DNA of 63,977 nt, filler included, from Trichomonas gallinae (lineage: Eukaryota), in assembly GCA_008369845.1 (NCBI GenBank). It is 8 parts of 8 records of this genome, joined end to end, with 100 filler letters (N's around TTAATTAATTAA, not from the genome) between each part and the next. Parts side by side here need not be neighbours in the genome. Positions count along the whole stretch, not along the records: positions 1 to 8,682 come from MRSU01000417.1; positions 8,783 to 26,766 come from MRSU01000425.1; 6 more parts are not named here. One strand, written 5' to 3'. The notes beneath the pieces were generated by a model. The model worked only from the letters and a program-made list of their open reading frames with translations, made no database searches and had not been told where the DNA came from. The translations under genes and the position numbers were made by a program. Below are positions 1 through 11,360 of the stretch, piece after piece. Numbering within the stretch: the stretch's first letter is position 1; each line of letters begins with the position of its first letter.

Positions 1-216
1 GTCTCCAAGAAGCGCGTCCCACACCAGCGCAAGAAAGAGAAGCTGAAAATCCTCAAGCTCTTCAAGATCGGCAAGGATGGATCTGTTGAGGCTCAGCGCC
101 AGGAGTGCCCGAACTGCAAGGGCTGCTTCCTCGCCAAGCATAAGGATGGCCGCCAGTACTGCGGTAACTGCCACTACACAGTCGACAAATCTGGCAAGCC
201 AATCAAGTCCAAGTAA
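1..216 (+). CDS. RPS27A: 40S ribosomal protein eS31/S27a, 3' part (5' end outside window)
   Basis: Manual translation from base 1: VSKKRVPHQRKKEKLKILKLFKIGKDGSVEAQRQECPNCKGCFLAKHKDGRQYCGNCHYT...KSK*; C4 zinc finger (CPNC...YCGNC) typical of S27a; GC-rich codon use; stop TAA overlaps TAAA. Confidence 0.93.
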   Translation, partial: VSKKRVPHQRKKEKLKILKLFKIGKDGSVEAQRQECPNCKGCFLAKHKDGRQYCGNCHYTVDKSGKPIKSK

Positions 217-641
217 AGAGCTTAACATATACTAACTTAAAACTTAGAATATTTATTACTTTAGAATCCTATTTCTATCATGTGTCACATGATAATTCCG
301 GAATTATCAAAAAAGAAGTTGATAATAACATCAGAATCATCAAGCTATCATCATAGATAACGTATATCTATAGTGTAAAACAGTTTCTGACGAAATAACA
401 AAAATCAAAAAGATTATCTAAAATAAGAAGTCGAGAATAGCACCTATATCACACCGGCATACCATTTTCGAAATAATGTATCTCAAAAGCAAAAGGACGA
501 AATCGCATATTATTTTTGCATTTATATAATGCAAGTATATAAGACGTTTATTTACCAAAGTTTCAAGCCCTAAAAACATACTCTCATGTGTTACGACATC
601 TCTTGCTTTTGATATATTGATGACTAAAAAATATATGACAG

Positions 642-652
642 TTTACATGTCA
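642..652. promoter_or_regulatory. TTTACATGTCA upstream motif (copy before the Rab gene)
   Basis: Identical 11-mer recurs 40-75 bp upstream of five start codons in this window. Confidence 0.5.
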
Positions 653-692
653 AAAATGTAGTGACTCCCCCTAATATAGTATTTCAGAATTA

Positions 693-1310
693 ATGGGGGA
701 GGAATTTTGGACATTCAAATTTATTCTTGTTGGCGACTCTGGAGTTGGCAAAACATCAATGTGCAAAATGTTTTGCGAGAATATCTTTGAAGAAAACCAA
801 GTTCAAACAATCGGACTCGAATTCAGCAGACGAACAATCGATATTCACGGAAAAACAATTAAAATTCAATTTTGGGATACAGCAGGCCAAGAAAGATTCC
901 GCTCTATCACTAAACATTACTTCAGATCAGCTGCCGCGGTTTTCGTAGTTTTTGACGTTACAAATCGAGAAACATTCAATAGCATCGGAGATTGGATAAA
1001 AGATACGATTAACTTATCACCACCAAATGCTGTGAAGGTTATGGTTGGAAATAAAACAGATTTGCTATCAAAAAGAGAAGTTCCTTTTGTTGAAGCCAAA
1101 GACTTGGCAACAGAGCATCATTTTGCATACTATGAGACTTCTGCTCTCTCTGGTGACAAAATTGAAGATTTATTCCTCAATACAGCAGACCAGATTTATT
1201 CACAAGCAAATGCAAGAGAAATGACTCTAAATTCATCAAGAAGAGATAGTCTTGATCACCAGCTCGATGAAATTACTATCGGAGGAAGCTCCAAAGGATA
1301 TTGTTGTTAA
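693..1310 (+). CDS. Rab family small GTPase
   Basis: GDSGVGKT, TIGLEF, WDTAGQERF, NKTD, ETSA motifs; C-terminal CC prenylation site. Confidence 0.95.
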   Translation: MGEEFWTFKFILVGDSGVGKTSMCKMFCENIFEENQVQTIGLEFSRRTIDIHGKTIKIQFWDTAGQERFRSITKHYFRSAAAVFVVFDVTNRETFNSIGDWIKDTINLSPPNAVKVMVGNKTDLLSKREVPFVEAKDLATEHHFAYYETSALSGDKIEDLFLNTADQIYSQANAREMTLNSSRRDSLDHQLDEITIGGSSKGYCC

Positions 1311-1679
1311 TTTTCTGTTCTTTTGTTTCTACATACTAGATTTAAAACGCCTGTCTTATACATATCATACACAACGTGGAAAATGCCAAATAATGCAAAT
1401 GATTTTTTTTATATTTAATTCGATTTTTCTATCTCACACCTTATTCATCAATTCATATAGTTTTATTGTGCGTAATGCTGATTTTGATATTGAATTATAA
1501 TTGCATCGATTTGAATATCTTTAATTTAAACAATTCAACTTAATTGATATTAAAATGCTGATTTAATAAAGAAATGAAGCAATATCAAAAGATTAATATT
1601 AGATATAATTTCCATTGTAGCATATAGATTTGAATACATTGATTTAAAGAGTTGATAATGGTGGTGAAGAATATAATTT

Positions 1680-3857
1680 TTATTCATTGAAAAATTCAAG
1701 CCAGAAATCTTGGAACTGGTGGCAAATTTCTTCTGTTTCAGCCTTGATAACGAAAGACATCTCACCACCTTGTTCTGTGCATTGAATGAGTGCGACATTG
1801 CCTTCGACGTAACCGTAGGCATAAATCATGATTCCGCCTTCTTCCCTCTCGCCTTTAGCGATGATCTTGATGTTTGACTCTTCGACGGCCTCTGCGAATT
1901 GTTCGAGCTCGAGTTCGTAACCGAGAGAAATGGAATCTTCGACTGTAGCTGTGCCTTCTGAGCCCCACATCTCTTCGAATGTCTCTGGGCTGATGGCCAT
2001 TTCATCAGTAATTTCGTCAAGCTTGTGATCTTCGCCTTCTTCCTCTTCTTCGTCGACCAATAACTCGATTTCCTCCTTCTGGATGTTCCAGTCAGCTTCT
2101 GGCTTGTCGAAGACAACAGAGAATGAGTTGAACTCATCGAAGACCATATCGACGTTCTCTGCATCAGCATCCTCGACGAATGGTTCCTGGGAAGACTTAG
2201 ATGTCAACAAAGCGGCGCGGGCAGCATCGATGTCCTGCTTCAAGAGCTGGAACAAGAAGTGTGCGCGTGCTTTGACACCTGGATGGTTATCATGGAGACC
2301 CATAGCTAAGGCTGCAGCGAGGACTGGGCGTGCTTCACCTGGAGAAACGAACAAAAGTTTAGCGAGTGATGTCATTAAAGAGATCTTCATCATCGAGTTT
2401 TCGTCATCTGCTGATGGAAGATACATTCCAGCGACGCCTGTCTTCTTCTGGGCATCCCAGAACTTGAGCATGATGTGCTCCAGGCAGTAGACTGAGTCAG
2501 AAACTCTGTCGCCATATTCGCCCAAAATCCATGCATAAGCAGCAAGTGCTGGACCAGAGAGTTCAGCTGGTGGCTCGCTTGGGATTAAAGCGACGAGATC
2601 TGGGAGTGCTGATGGTATGCGGCGCATAAGATCTGGAAGAACAATGAGGCACTTATCGATCAAATTCTTTCTCTTCATGTCGAAGAATGCGCGGAATTTA
2701 AGGATGACGAACTTGATTGCGCCTGGGATCTTAAGGGCAATGTCGCGAAGAAGTTTGACTGAGCCTTCGATTGTGAAAGGCTTCTCAAGAAGTACATAGC
2801 GGGCTGTTGTCTCAATGACATCGCGTGCGAAAGTATCATCTGTAATGATCTTGAGGATCTCGAACTTGGCTTCAGCGATGTATGGTGTATCATTGAAAGC
2901 AACTAAGAAGTGTGGAACGTGTGGCTTGAAAGCAAGTGGGAAGCGACGAGCCAAGACGTGGAGATTCTTGAAGATTGCGTACTGGACTTCCGGAGATGAA
3001 GCATCTGTGTGAGTGATAAATTTAGGAATAACGCGCTGGACGACTTGGTTCTGGAGTTCCTGCTTTGAGTCTGTGAGAGCAAGAAGAACCTTTGTGGCTG
3101 CAATGAGAACAGATGCAGAGGCAGAAGAAAGGTATGGATCAACGATGTTCATGATATCAAAGCGTTCTTTGTCTGAATCTGGTGTATAACGAGAGATGAC
3201 GAGGAGAGCTTCTGACTGAGCCCACTCAGAGAACTTTGGAAGCAAGTTAACAAGATGATGAATCAATTTCATATCGAAAGCAATTCCACCATCGTTCTTA
3301 AGGATGTCAGAAAGTGCGAAGAGGGAGTTGCAGATGATCTGTGGATCTCTATCGCGAAGAAGCTCGTAGAGACGATTGACAATACCTTTTTCTTTGACTG
3401 CTTCTGGAGAAACTTTGTTGAGATGGATTGTAGCAAGTACAGCCATACGGCGAACGTATGGGTTAGATGCAGCAAGGCCAATGGCAACAATCTTTGGAAG
3501 TTCATCTGCCATTGTGGAAATTTCAATATCGCAAATGGCGCGAAGAGCCATACCTGCGATGATTGGATTGTTGGATGAGCAATCCTTGAGAAGTGAGTTT
3601 GTAACAAGAATTGCCATTTCTGGATCTTTGCGTGCGATGGATGTGAGAATTGTATAAACCATACGCTTGCATGGAATATCGTGAGCTTCTGATGCGCAGA
3701 TGACTGATCCAAGAAGAGGAGAGACATCGACGCCAAGTGATAATTGTGTAAGAATCTCCTGAAGACCAGTGCGAACGCCTTGGATGTCAAACTTGGTTAA
3801 GGCTCTATCAAGGTCTTCTCTTGCCCATAAAAGATTATATGGAAGGGGATCAGACAT
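1680..3857 (-). CDS. AP complex beta subunit (beta-adaptin; possibly AP-4 beta)
   Basis: 725 aa; Adaptin_N motifs (GVDVSPL, KRMVY, NSLLKDC, NPYVRRMA, EWAQ, WILGEYG), acidic hinge, short appendage with FEEMW; AP-4 suggested only by size and short hinge. Confidence 0.88.
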   Translation of the reverse strand: MSDPLPYNLLWAREDLDRALTKFDIQGVRTGLQEILTQLSLGVDVSPLLGSVICASEAHDIPCKRMVYTILTSIARKDPEMAILVTNSLLKDCSSNNPIIAGMALRAICDIEISTMADELPKIVAIGLAASNPYVRRMAVLATIHLNKVSPEAVKEKGIVNRLYELLRDRDPQIICNSLFALSDILKNDGGIAFDMKLIHHLVNLLPKFSEWAQSEALLVISRYTPDSDKERFDIMNIVDPYLSSASASVLIAATKVLLALTDSKQELQNQVVQRVIPKFITHTDASSPEVQYAIFKNLHVLARRFPLAFKPHVPHFLVAFNDTPYIAEAKFEILKIITDDTFARDVIETTARYVLLEKPFTIEGSVKLLRDIALKIPGAIKFVILKFRAFFDMKRKNLIDKCLIVLPDLMRRIPSALPDLVALIPSEPPAELSGPALAAYAWILGEYGDRVSDSVYCLEHIMLKFWDAQKKTGVAGMYLPSADDENSMMKISLMTSLAKLLFVSPGEARPVLAAALAMGLHDNHPGVKARAHFLFQLLKQDIDAARAALLTSKSSQEPFVEDADAENVDMVFDEFNSFSVVFDKPEADWNIQKEEIELLVDEEEEEGEDHKLDEITDEMAISPETFEEMWGSEGTATVEDSISLGYELELEQFAEAVEESNIKIIAKGEREEGGIMIYAYGYVEGNVALIQCTEQGGEMSFVIKAETEEICHQFQDFWLEFFNE

Positions 3858-3953
3858 TTTTTTGAGTATTAAATACGATTATTTCGCCTTCAAAAATAAT
3901 TTATTTGAAATAGATTATATATAATATGTAAATGCATTCATTGCATTCTTGTA

Positions 3954-4240
3954 TTCTTACACGCCTGTATGGAAATTCAATGGACAATAGCATTTTTCAT
4001 TTTTATTACATTTTTAGAGTTATTTCATGATGTTAATCCCAAATCTCAAATGAAATAGAAGTTATATTTTTTATCGTTTAATTAGGGTCCACCCTCAATA
4101 ACCATTTCTTACACGCCCGTAAGGATCTCATTTTTCATTTTTATTTCATTTTTGGAATTATTTATCAATAAAGAATCCAAATATCAAATAAAATAGAAGT
4201 TATATTTTTAATTTTTACAACAGGAGCTCCCCCTCAATAA
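3954..4240. repeat. Diverged tandem duplication, two ~140-150 bp units
   Basis: Units start TTCTTACACGCC(T/C)GTA at 3954 and 4106, share CATTTTTCATTTTTATT and AAATAGAAGTTATATTTTT, and end CCCTCAATAA. Confidence 0.85.
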
Positions 4241-4815
4241 ATTTCTTATTTCCTCCAATCTAAGAGATTATGGATAACAGCTTTTGGCACAAGCACAAAT
4301 GATGTGCGAAGTCTTAAATATGATTTTTAGTTATGATGCCATATCACATGTTTTTGCATCAAATTATACTGTGTATTTGATAGTAATATAGATTTCTATA
4401 TCAATAAAGCGAATATGATGAAGTTTTGATATTGTTCGATGACGATTTAAGCCAATCATGCCAATTAACCGCTGAATAGTTTACTTTAAAAGTGTGCTTA
4501 TGATGACGAACCACAACATACTCTCCAAAATCGACAAAAAATTCGGTGATCATTTGGAACGCGCCGGAAACAAGACCGTAAGTCCATAACTTGCACTATA
4601 ATCGTGTTATTTACACAAAGCAGATCCTGAATATACAGATATAACATGGAAATGAAACCATTCGAAAAAATGTGAAAATTCGGAACCGCCTTTTTACATT
4701 TTAGCATATTCTCCATCAAAAACAAATATGATCATGGCAAAGAATATTTAATATCATATAATAAATACAAACAATACAATGCATAATATGCTATCGGATA
4801 TAAATTCAATTTGAA

Positions 4816-5853
4816 TTATGCAATAACCTCGGCTTGGACAGGCCCTTGGAATCCATGTGGATTGATCTGTAGCAAAGTCTTTTTGACGTTGAGATAAGTT
4901 TGAGATACTGTTGGGCTTGTGAGATAGTCACTACTATCATCATCTATGTTAGTGTCTTTTTCGAATATATAATCTAATTTTCGAAGTGAAGGTGTTGGAT
5001 GTGGTGCGATTTCTATATCGTTATATACTGACATCTTATAATATACTGGAAGTGCATCTGATAACCATTCATGGTGAAGAGCTTGTTCAATTGTTAATCT
5101 ATAGTCTGAATTGACAGTCATCAATCCAGAAATAAAGGATTTGCAGCTTTTGCTCAAATAATCAGGTATCGTGTATTCTCCCCTTCTTATCTGCTCAAAT
5201 AATTGCTGCTGGTTTCTCTTTGTCCATGGAAGCTGGCCAGTAAGTAAGGCATAGCATATTACTCCGCAGCTCCATATATCACTTTTACGACCATCGTACG
5301 GCTGCCCAGACACACATTCTGGGGATGCATAACATGGGGAGCCGCAAGGAGTGCTTACGAGTCCATTTGCACCGACAAATCTGGAAAGGCCGAAATCTGA
5401 TATTTTAACTCGTCCATTTTGATCAAGAAGTAAGTTTTCTGGTTTCAAATCACGGTGACAAATTCCGAGAGAATGTACATATTTTAATGCAAACAATAAT
5501 TGGCAAACAAAGATCTTTGCTTCTTGCTCTGATAATTTGCCACTACTGACAACGAGATTAAATAACTCTCCATTTGGACAAAACTCGATAATAATATAGT
5601 AATTATGATCATCTTTAAGAACATCATAAAGGGCAACGACCCCAGGATGTCTAAGTTGCTGACTGATTCTGATTTCATTTTCAAATCGCGCTTCCAAGTT
5701 GTGCATTAGCAATCTTGATCGAGAAACTATCTTGCAGGCGAAGTATTTCCCTGTTTCCAAGTTCTGGCAAAGACGCACCGTAGAAAATGCACCGTGCCCT
5801 ATATCCCCTTTGATCTGATATACGCCGCCAATGAGATCAGGGCAAAAATTCAT
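4816..5853 (-). CDS. CAMK-group Ser/Thr protein kinase
   Basis: GHGAFS, ACK, HRDLKPEN, DFG, CGSPCYASPE, DIWSCG; first ATG at 5853 (the ORF track starts at an upstream TTG). Confidence 0.93.
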   Translation of the reverse strand: MNFCPDLIGGVYQIKGDIGHGAFSTVRLCQNLETGKYFACKIVSRSRLLMHNLEARFENEIRISQQLRHPGVVALYDVLKDDHNYYIIIEFCPNGELFNLVVSSGKLSEQEAKIFVCQLLFALKYVHSLGICHRDLKPENLLLDQNGRVKISDFGLSRFVGANGLVSTPCGSPCYASPECVSGQPYDGRKSDIWSCGVICYALLTGQLPWTKRNQQQLFEQIRRGEYTIPDYLSKSCKSFISGLMTVNSDYRLTIEQALHHEWLSDALPVYYKMSVYNDIEIAPHPTPSLRKLDYIFEKDTNIDDDSSDYLTSPTVSQTYLNVKKTLLQINPHGFQGPVQAEVIA

Positions 5854-7887
5854 TCGAATATTTTTTTGAGCCGACGATAGAAACAATTTGATTATTAATC
5901 AAAATTATTTATATAGACACCATGTATGGCATTAGGAAATGTACGCAGATTCAAAATTTTTGAGGGAATTCAATATCTCATTCAAATGAAATAATCAGGG
6001 CATTCTATTTTATATTGTTATGATTAATGAATTTCATTGAGTTTTCTTTGCATGTCAAAAAAATTGAGAGAAAAATCTGAAATTTTGAGAGCGGTTTTCG
6101 ATATGTTCTAAACAAAGCGGATGAAATAAAGCATTCTAAAAATTTAGCTTTTAAGTTCGATATCAATTTTTCTGAGCTTATTTTGTTTTTTGTTTGTTTT
6201 GAAAGCATATTTAGTTTCTGAGAATATAATTGGTTTCACCATGTAATGCAGTTCTATGATTAAAAATTATTTAACATTTTTCGATTATTATTGGTTATTT
6301 CACTTTCTTACAGTCTAAATAGCACCATAAAAATAATTATTTTGGTATTCTATGCTATCTCATTTTTTAATGTCACATTTTCTTTAGATGCGCAGAATTC
6401 AATTAAGCGTCTAAATTTTTGCTTATTTCACCCGTACGACAGTTATTAAAGCAAATATTACGGAGCGTTTTTTGATCAAATATGTCATTTGTAAACTTAC
6501 CAAATGCAAAATATTTTTGTCATATCTCGTTTTCACGAATAATCTCCATTAATCAGCCAATTTAACACATTCATACACCTTCTCTATATATAGCTGCATA
6601 TGCTAACATTCTCAAAAATATATATTTTGCAAGGTTAATTAATGTTATGTTTTAGATTAACAGGTTATCCTTGTGGCATTCACAAGTAATAGTTTATAAA
6701 TCATCCCTTATACTAAAAACACTAAACACTAATATTATATAATTTTTGTTTTTCTCTTGAGATTAATAGGAATCAAAGGTAGCCATCAGTGTTATATAGT
6801 CAAACTGTGTTGTATATTATAAGATTAGAAAACCGTGTTAAAATATATTTCTAATTTTTTTTGTAATGGATTTATGGCAAACATGCTTTATGTAAATAAC
6901 TATCTATCGCATGCTTAGTGCAATTTCACAAATGGTATGAACAGATTTTTACTTTTCTCAAAAATTAAATTTATCATTATCAAACTGAATAACTCCACTC
7001 GTTATATGAAATATTACGATACTATCAAGAATATGCTGTTTTGCAAATGCAGTTCTTTCCATGCATTCGTGAATTTTCGAACATCACTTGATTTTGATCG
7101 AAATATATGAATTATTAAGTATTAGTTAGCAGAAATATTATGATTGACGAGAAGATTAACTGTGATGTAACAAAAATATTTGAACAAACACGAAGTATTC
7201 AAATTTGGAACTAACACAGTAATATTTCGCACCCAATTTTCATATCTATTTCTTAACCAACTGTTTGTAATTATTAATTTCAATATTTAAAACCTAAATG
7301 TGCAAATATCTTTTTCAAAATATGAAATGAATTATCAAGCCTCAATAACGTCATGTTATTATCTATAAATGGTTCCTGTGTGAAATCATTGAGCTATGCA
7401 ATGAAATTTGAAGAAAAAACCAATGAAAAAATGTTGATGAGAACAAATTTGTGGATTACTGGATAGCATTTCATTAAAATGAATAATTATTAGTAAATAG
7501 TAATTTCCCATGGAATTTCATTTTGTTTTCGTTTATCAACTTATTTTATTTGAATCATATCTTTAATATCATAATTTCAATTCGAGAACTATACTATTGA
7601 ACAATTTATATAACAAGGAATACATAAATCTATTCAATTTGATACCACATTATTGAATTTGGAAAAATTCAAAATTATATCATTTTGAATGTGTTAATTT
7701 TGTTCAATGAGGAAATTAGGGATACTGAAGACTCAGTTGATACTTTTAAGAGCAGCTCCAAAATAAATGCTAATGTTACAAATATCGACATTGGCACAGT
7801 AGTTGATGGTGATATTTTACCATATGATAGCATTGATAAAAGCAAAGATTTCCAAATGCTGTAGAAACTTATGCATTATCCAATCCA

Positions 7888-8136
7888 TTCATAGGCGACA
7901 AATACTACGCATGCCTTGGTATCTGGCTCTCTCACAAGCAATTAGTTCAGGAGCACAACTCAGCAAACCTCGGTTTCACACTTGCACTCTACAAGATTGC
8001 TCATCTCACACAGACAGAGTACAGATCCCTCCTCGACTTCCGCATGAACATGGCAGAGAGGAATGCAACAGCATCGAATTCAATTGCCAACGACGCCATC
8101 AACTGGAGATAGAAGGGCATTGTTAACCAGTTCAAA
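7888..8136 (+). pseudogene. Fragment of a papain/cathepsin L-like cysteine protease (I29 propeptide and start of mature domain)
   Basis: Manual translation FIGDKYYACLGIWLSHKQLVQEHNSANLGFTLALYKIAHLTQTEYRSLLDFRMNMAERNATASNSIANDAINWR*KGIVNQ resembles C1A propeptide plus DWRxKGxVN; in-frame TAG at 8110; no start and no catalytic Cys region. Confidence 0.82.
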
Positions 8137-8159
8137 ACCAAATTTTTATTCGATTCAGT

Positions 8160-8453
8160 TCAATTTGAAATCTCATCACTTGTAGCAAATCTTATTTCTT
8201 TAGGAGCAAGTCTCAAAATCAGAGAAGATTATGATTATTATAATCAATTACTGGTTGCTGCACATTTGGATTTGATCAAATACCGAGCAAAAATAAATTT
8301 AATAGATGAAGATGGACTTACTCCATTAAATTGTGCTGCATTGAAAATGGAGCAAAAGTGAATATTACAGATTATGGGAAAACTTCATTAGATTATGCAA
8401 GGGAGAAAAATCATAAAGATGTTGTTGCAAAGTTGATTGAATATGATACATAA
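8160..8453 (+). pseudogene. Degenerate ankyrin-repeat gene 3' fragment
   Basis: LISLGASLKI..., AKINLIDEDGLTPLNCAA, frameshift, IENGAKVNITDYGKTSLDYAREKNHKDVVAKLIEYDT*; internal deletions relative to the 33-aa repeat. Confidence 0.75.
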
Positions 8454-8482
8454 CGTTAAAATATGTGCCATTATTTTTCATT

Positions 8483-8635
8483 ATGTTTACTTTCTTCTAC
8501 TTTGCCGATTCTTTGTCTGGGACTCCTGTCTTTCACCAAGCTTTTGCTTCGCGATATTGTGATCTACATTATCATAATATTACAAAGGAGCAGCGAGAAA
8601 GCTTCCTACTCGGTTCGATGTATGCAGATGGAATT

Positions 8636-8636
<1 letters not shown>
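8483..8636 (+). CDS. N-terminus of a putative secreted protein, truncated by an A-run at the contig end
   Basis: TCATT initiator directly before ATG; short hydrophobic leader, then H...FLLGSMYADG, loosely like the zinc-dependent phospholipase C N-terminal motif. Confidence 0.45.
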
Positions 8637-8682
<46 letters not shown>

Positions 8683-8782
8683 NNNNNNNNNNNNNNNNNN
8701 NNNNNNNNNNNNNNNNNNNNNNNNNNTTAATTAATTAANNNNNNNNNNNNNNNNNNNNNNNNNNNNNNNNNNNNNNNNNNNN
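8683..8782. other. Artificial contig spacer
   Basis: N44-TTAATTAATTAA-N44, stop codons in all six frames. Confidence 0.98.
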
Positions 8783-8907
8783 TTCGAGATCTGCTTTATC
8801 GCAACTTTTGTTCCAGTTTTCAAGTGTATTGCTGCATATACCTTTGCGAAGCCACCGCTGCCGAGGGTGGTAATGATTTTATAACCTTCAAGCTGCCTGA
8901 CTTCCAT
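8783..8907 (-). CDS. Protein kinase, N-terminal part only (cut by contig edge)
   Basis: MEVRQLEGYKIITTLGSGGFAKVYAAIHLKTGTKVAIKQIS: glycine loop and VAIK lysine. Confidence 0.85.
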
Positions 8908-10373
8908 TAAATAAATGAATATTAAAATCATTCAAAATTGAAGCAATAATTTTCACAGTTTTGAGAAAACACAGAAATAAGCTTATTCAAATATTTGATC
9001 AAGCTTCAAACCAAAAGTTGATATTATGTGGAGATAGATGAGGCTGTCAAAATGTCGATGAATTTATGGATTCAGGTTCTTGAGTTTTGAGAAGCCTGTG
9101 AATACGATACATTGAAAATTATTCAGCAGGATAACTGTGACACAGAATGCATAAATTTATTAGCCATAAACAATGGCTTTTTATTTTATATTTATAAATT
9201 TACAGATTTTATATTTTCTGAAGTTATTTTCTGTTTGGATATTGTTTTAGTTGCTCCATAGGAGTGTGAATATTTTACCAAATTTAAATTTATCTTTGGA
9301 ATTTTATTTCATCAAAATACCTTAACAGAACTATTGTATACTTTATAAAATTATGAATTATCAAACTTTTAGTTGATTTGGTTGTGAGATAAAATTTGAT
9401 TCAAATCACAAATTCTAGATTTAGGCATTTTTCTTAAGCGTTCAGTTTTCTTAGAGCAATTGTATAATGATGGTATCAATTTTTGCTAGCTGTTATGTTC
9501 GATTAGGGTTAATTAAACCCATCTTTGGTTTAAAAATGATCTTAATTCTATTCTTAGTCTATAAACAGATATATAACATATTCGTGTTATGTTCGGTTAA
9601 TTTTTCAGGCAGCAATTTGCATTTTTATGTCTTTTCAAATGTGATCTAAAATCAAAACCATTAAAATCAATTATAACTCCCAAAACTATAAATGAGAAAT
9701 CGTTGGAGGATCTTCGCATAAACAAAATTTACGATACTCTGAACAAATTTACGCCCAGAAGTTAATTAAAGAAATTTTTAGAACTTTTAGGATCATAATT
9801 TTCATCCCACTCGTAAATTGTTATTTTGTTTTCGAAAGCAAAAAGTTTGCCCTGACTTTTCATTATAACTGTTGTATCCATAATATCAAATCTATTCCGA
9901 GTTTTTCTTACAACCTGTAAAATAATCATAAAAGTGTTGAAAATATTTGCATCTATTATATTGTCCAATCCGTATTTTACAAATTATTTTTAAGATTTTT
10001 TTTCAGTATTTCAAAAATTGAAAAATGGTCTCAAAAATTGACAACTTTTTTATTATCAAACCGCCAAAAAATAATTTGGCAATATCATTAGATATATATA
10101 TTTACAGTATAATTCTTCGATATTTTAATCCTAACGTATGAAAAATCATCTCGATAGATTTTTGCAGTTACTAAAATACAATATGATATGAATATTTTTC
10201 TTCAATTTTTGACATCTTTTCAAATAATAAAAATTTTATTCACAAAACTTTAAAAACTCGCATATTCAAATCTGAAAAAGCAACAGTTTTCTTCCATATT
10301 CTTATTCAACAGCATCATAATAGCAAAATCAACTAAGTATTCAAAAATTGCTTAGAATTTTCAAAAAACTGAA

Positions 10374-11360
10374 ATGAGCATATTACAGCCATATGTGGAG
10401 CCGAATCTGGGAATGATAGGCAAGTACATCATAGAGAAGCAGCTTGGTGAAGGAGGATTCGCAAACGTCTTCTTGGGAAAGCACATTAGAACCAATCAAA
10501 AAGTTGCTATAAAGGTTATTTCTCGCAAGAGAGTCACTGACTTGAATATGCTGTCATACATAGAAAACGAGCTTCGCCTGATATCACGGTTCGATCATCC
10601 TAACATTATCAAAGTTTATGACATGATTTACACACAGGAGAATATAAACATCATCATGGAGTATTGCCCAAACGGCGATTTGCAAGGCATGCTTAACAGT
10701 GGGAATTTTGCCTTCCAGGGCGATCATATTAGGATTGCCTGGGAAATACTTGAAGCTTTGAACTATCTGCATAAGCGAGGAATATCGCACAGAGATATTA
10801 AGCCCGCTAACATCATGTTCGATAGCGATATGCATGTCAAACTGATTGACTTTGGGTTAAGCAAAGAATATTCCAATAACAGCTCAACAATCTGCGGAAC
10901 AGAGCCTCTTATTGCACCTGAAATACTCATGGATGGCCAATACGATGGCACAAAAGCAGATATTTGGAGTTTTGGAGTTACCTTAAACCTCATGATTAGC
11001 CATTGCTTGCCGTTCAACTACACCAATAACGCCATATTCTTAAAGGATCTGAAAAGGCATACCTTGAAACTAAATATTATTACCGGAGGTGTGCTTGGCT
11101 GGGTCCTTAAAAACTCACTCATTATTGACCCGAATGAGAGACTAACAGCTCAAGATCATATCGACCACATCAAAGCCTTCATGCAAAAAACCAATGCTCA
11201 ATTTCGCAGAAATGCTTTGGTGAGGAAGGTTAATACTTCAACGGCATTAATGCAATTGAAGTCTCCAAAAGATACTCCTGTTATTTTGAAGGTGCGGATG
11301 AATGAAACAAATCTTGGATTGAAGAATCCACTTGTAAGGAGTCGTGCTAGATTCTTCTAA
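10374..11360 (+). CDS. CAMK-group Ser/Thr protein kinase
   Basis: GEGGFA, VAIK, HRDIKPAN, DFG, APE, DIWSFG. Confidence 0.93.
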   Translation: MSILQPYVEPNLGMIGKYIIEKQLGEGGFANVFLGKHIRTNQKVAIKVISRKRVTDLNMLSYIENELRLISRFDHPNIIKVYDMIYTQENINIIMEYCPNGDLQGMLNSGNFAFQGDHIRIAWEILEALNYLHKRGISHRDIKPANIMFDSDMHVKLIDFGLSKEYSNNSSTICGTEPLIAPEILMDGQYDGTKADIWSFGVTLNLMISHCLPFNYTNNAIFLKDLKRHTLKLNIITGGVLGWVLKNSLIIDPNERLTAQDHIDHIKAFMQKTNAQFRRNALVRKVNTSTALMQLKSPKDTPVILKVRMNETNLGLKNPLVRSRARFF

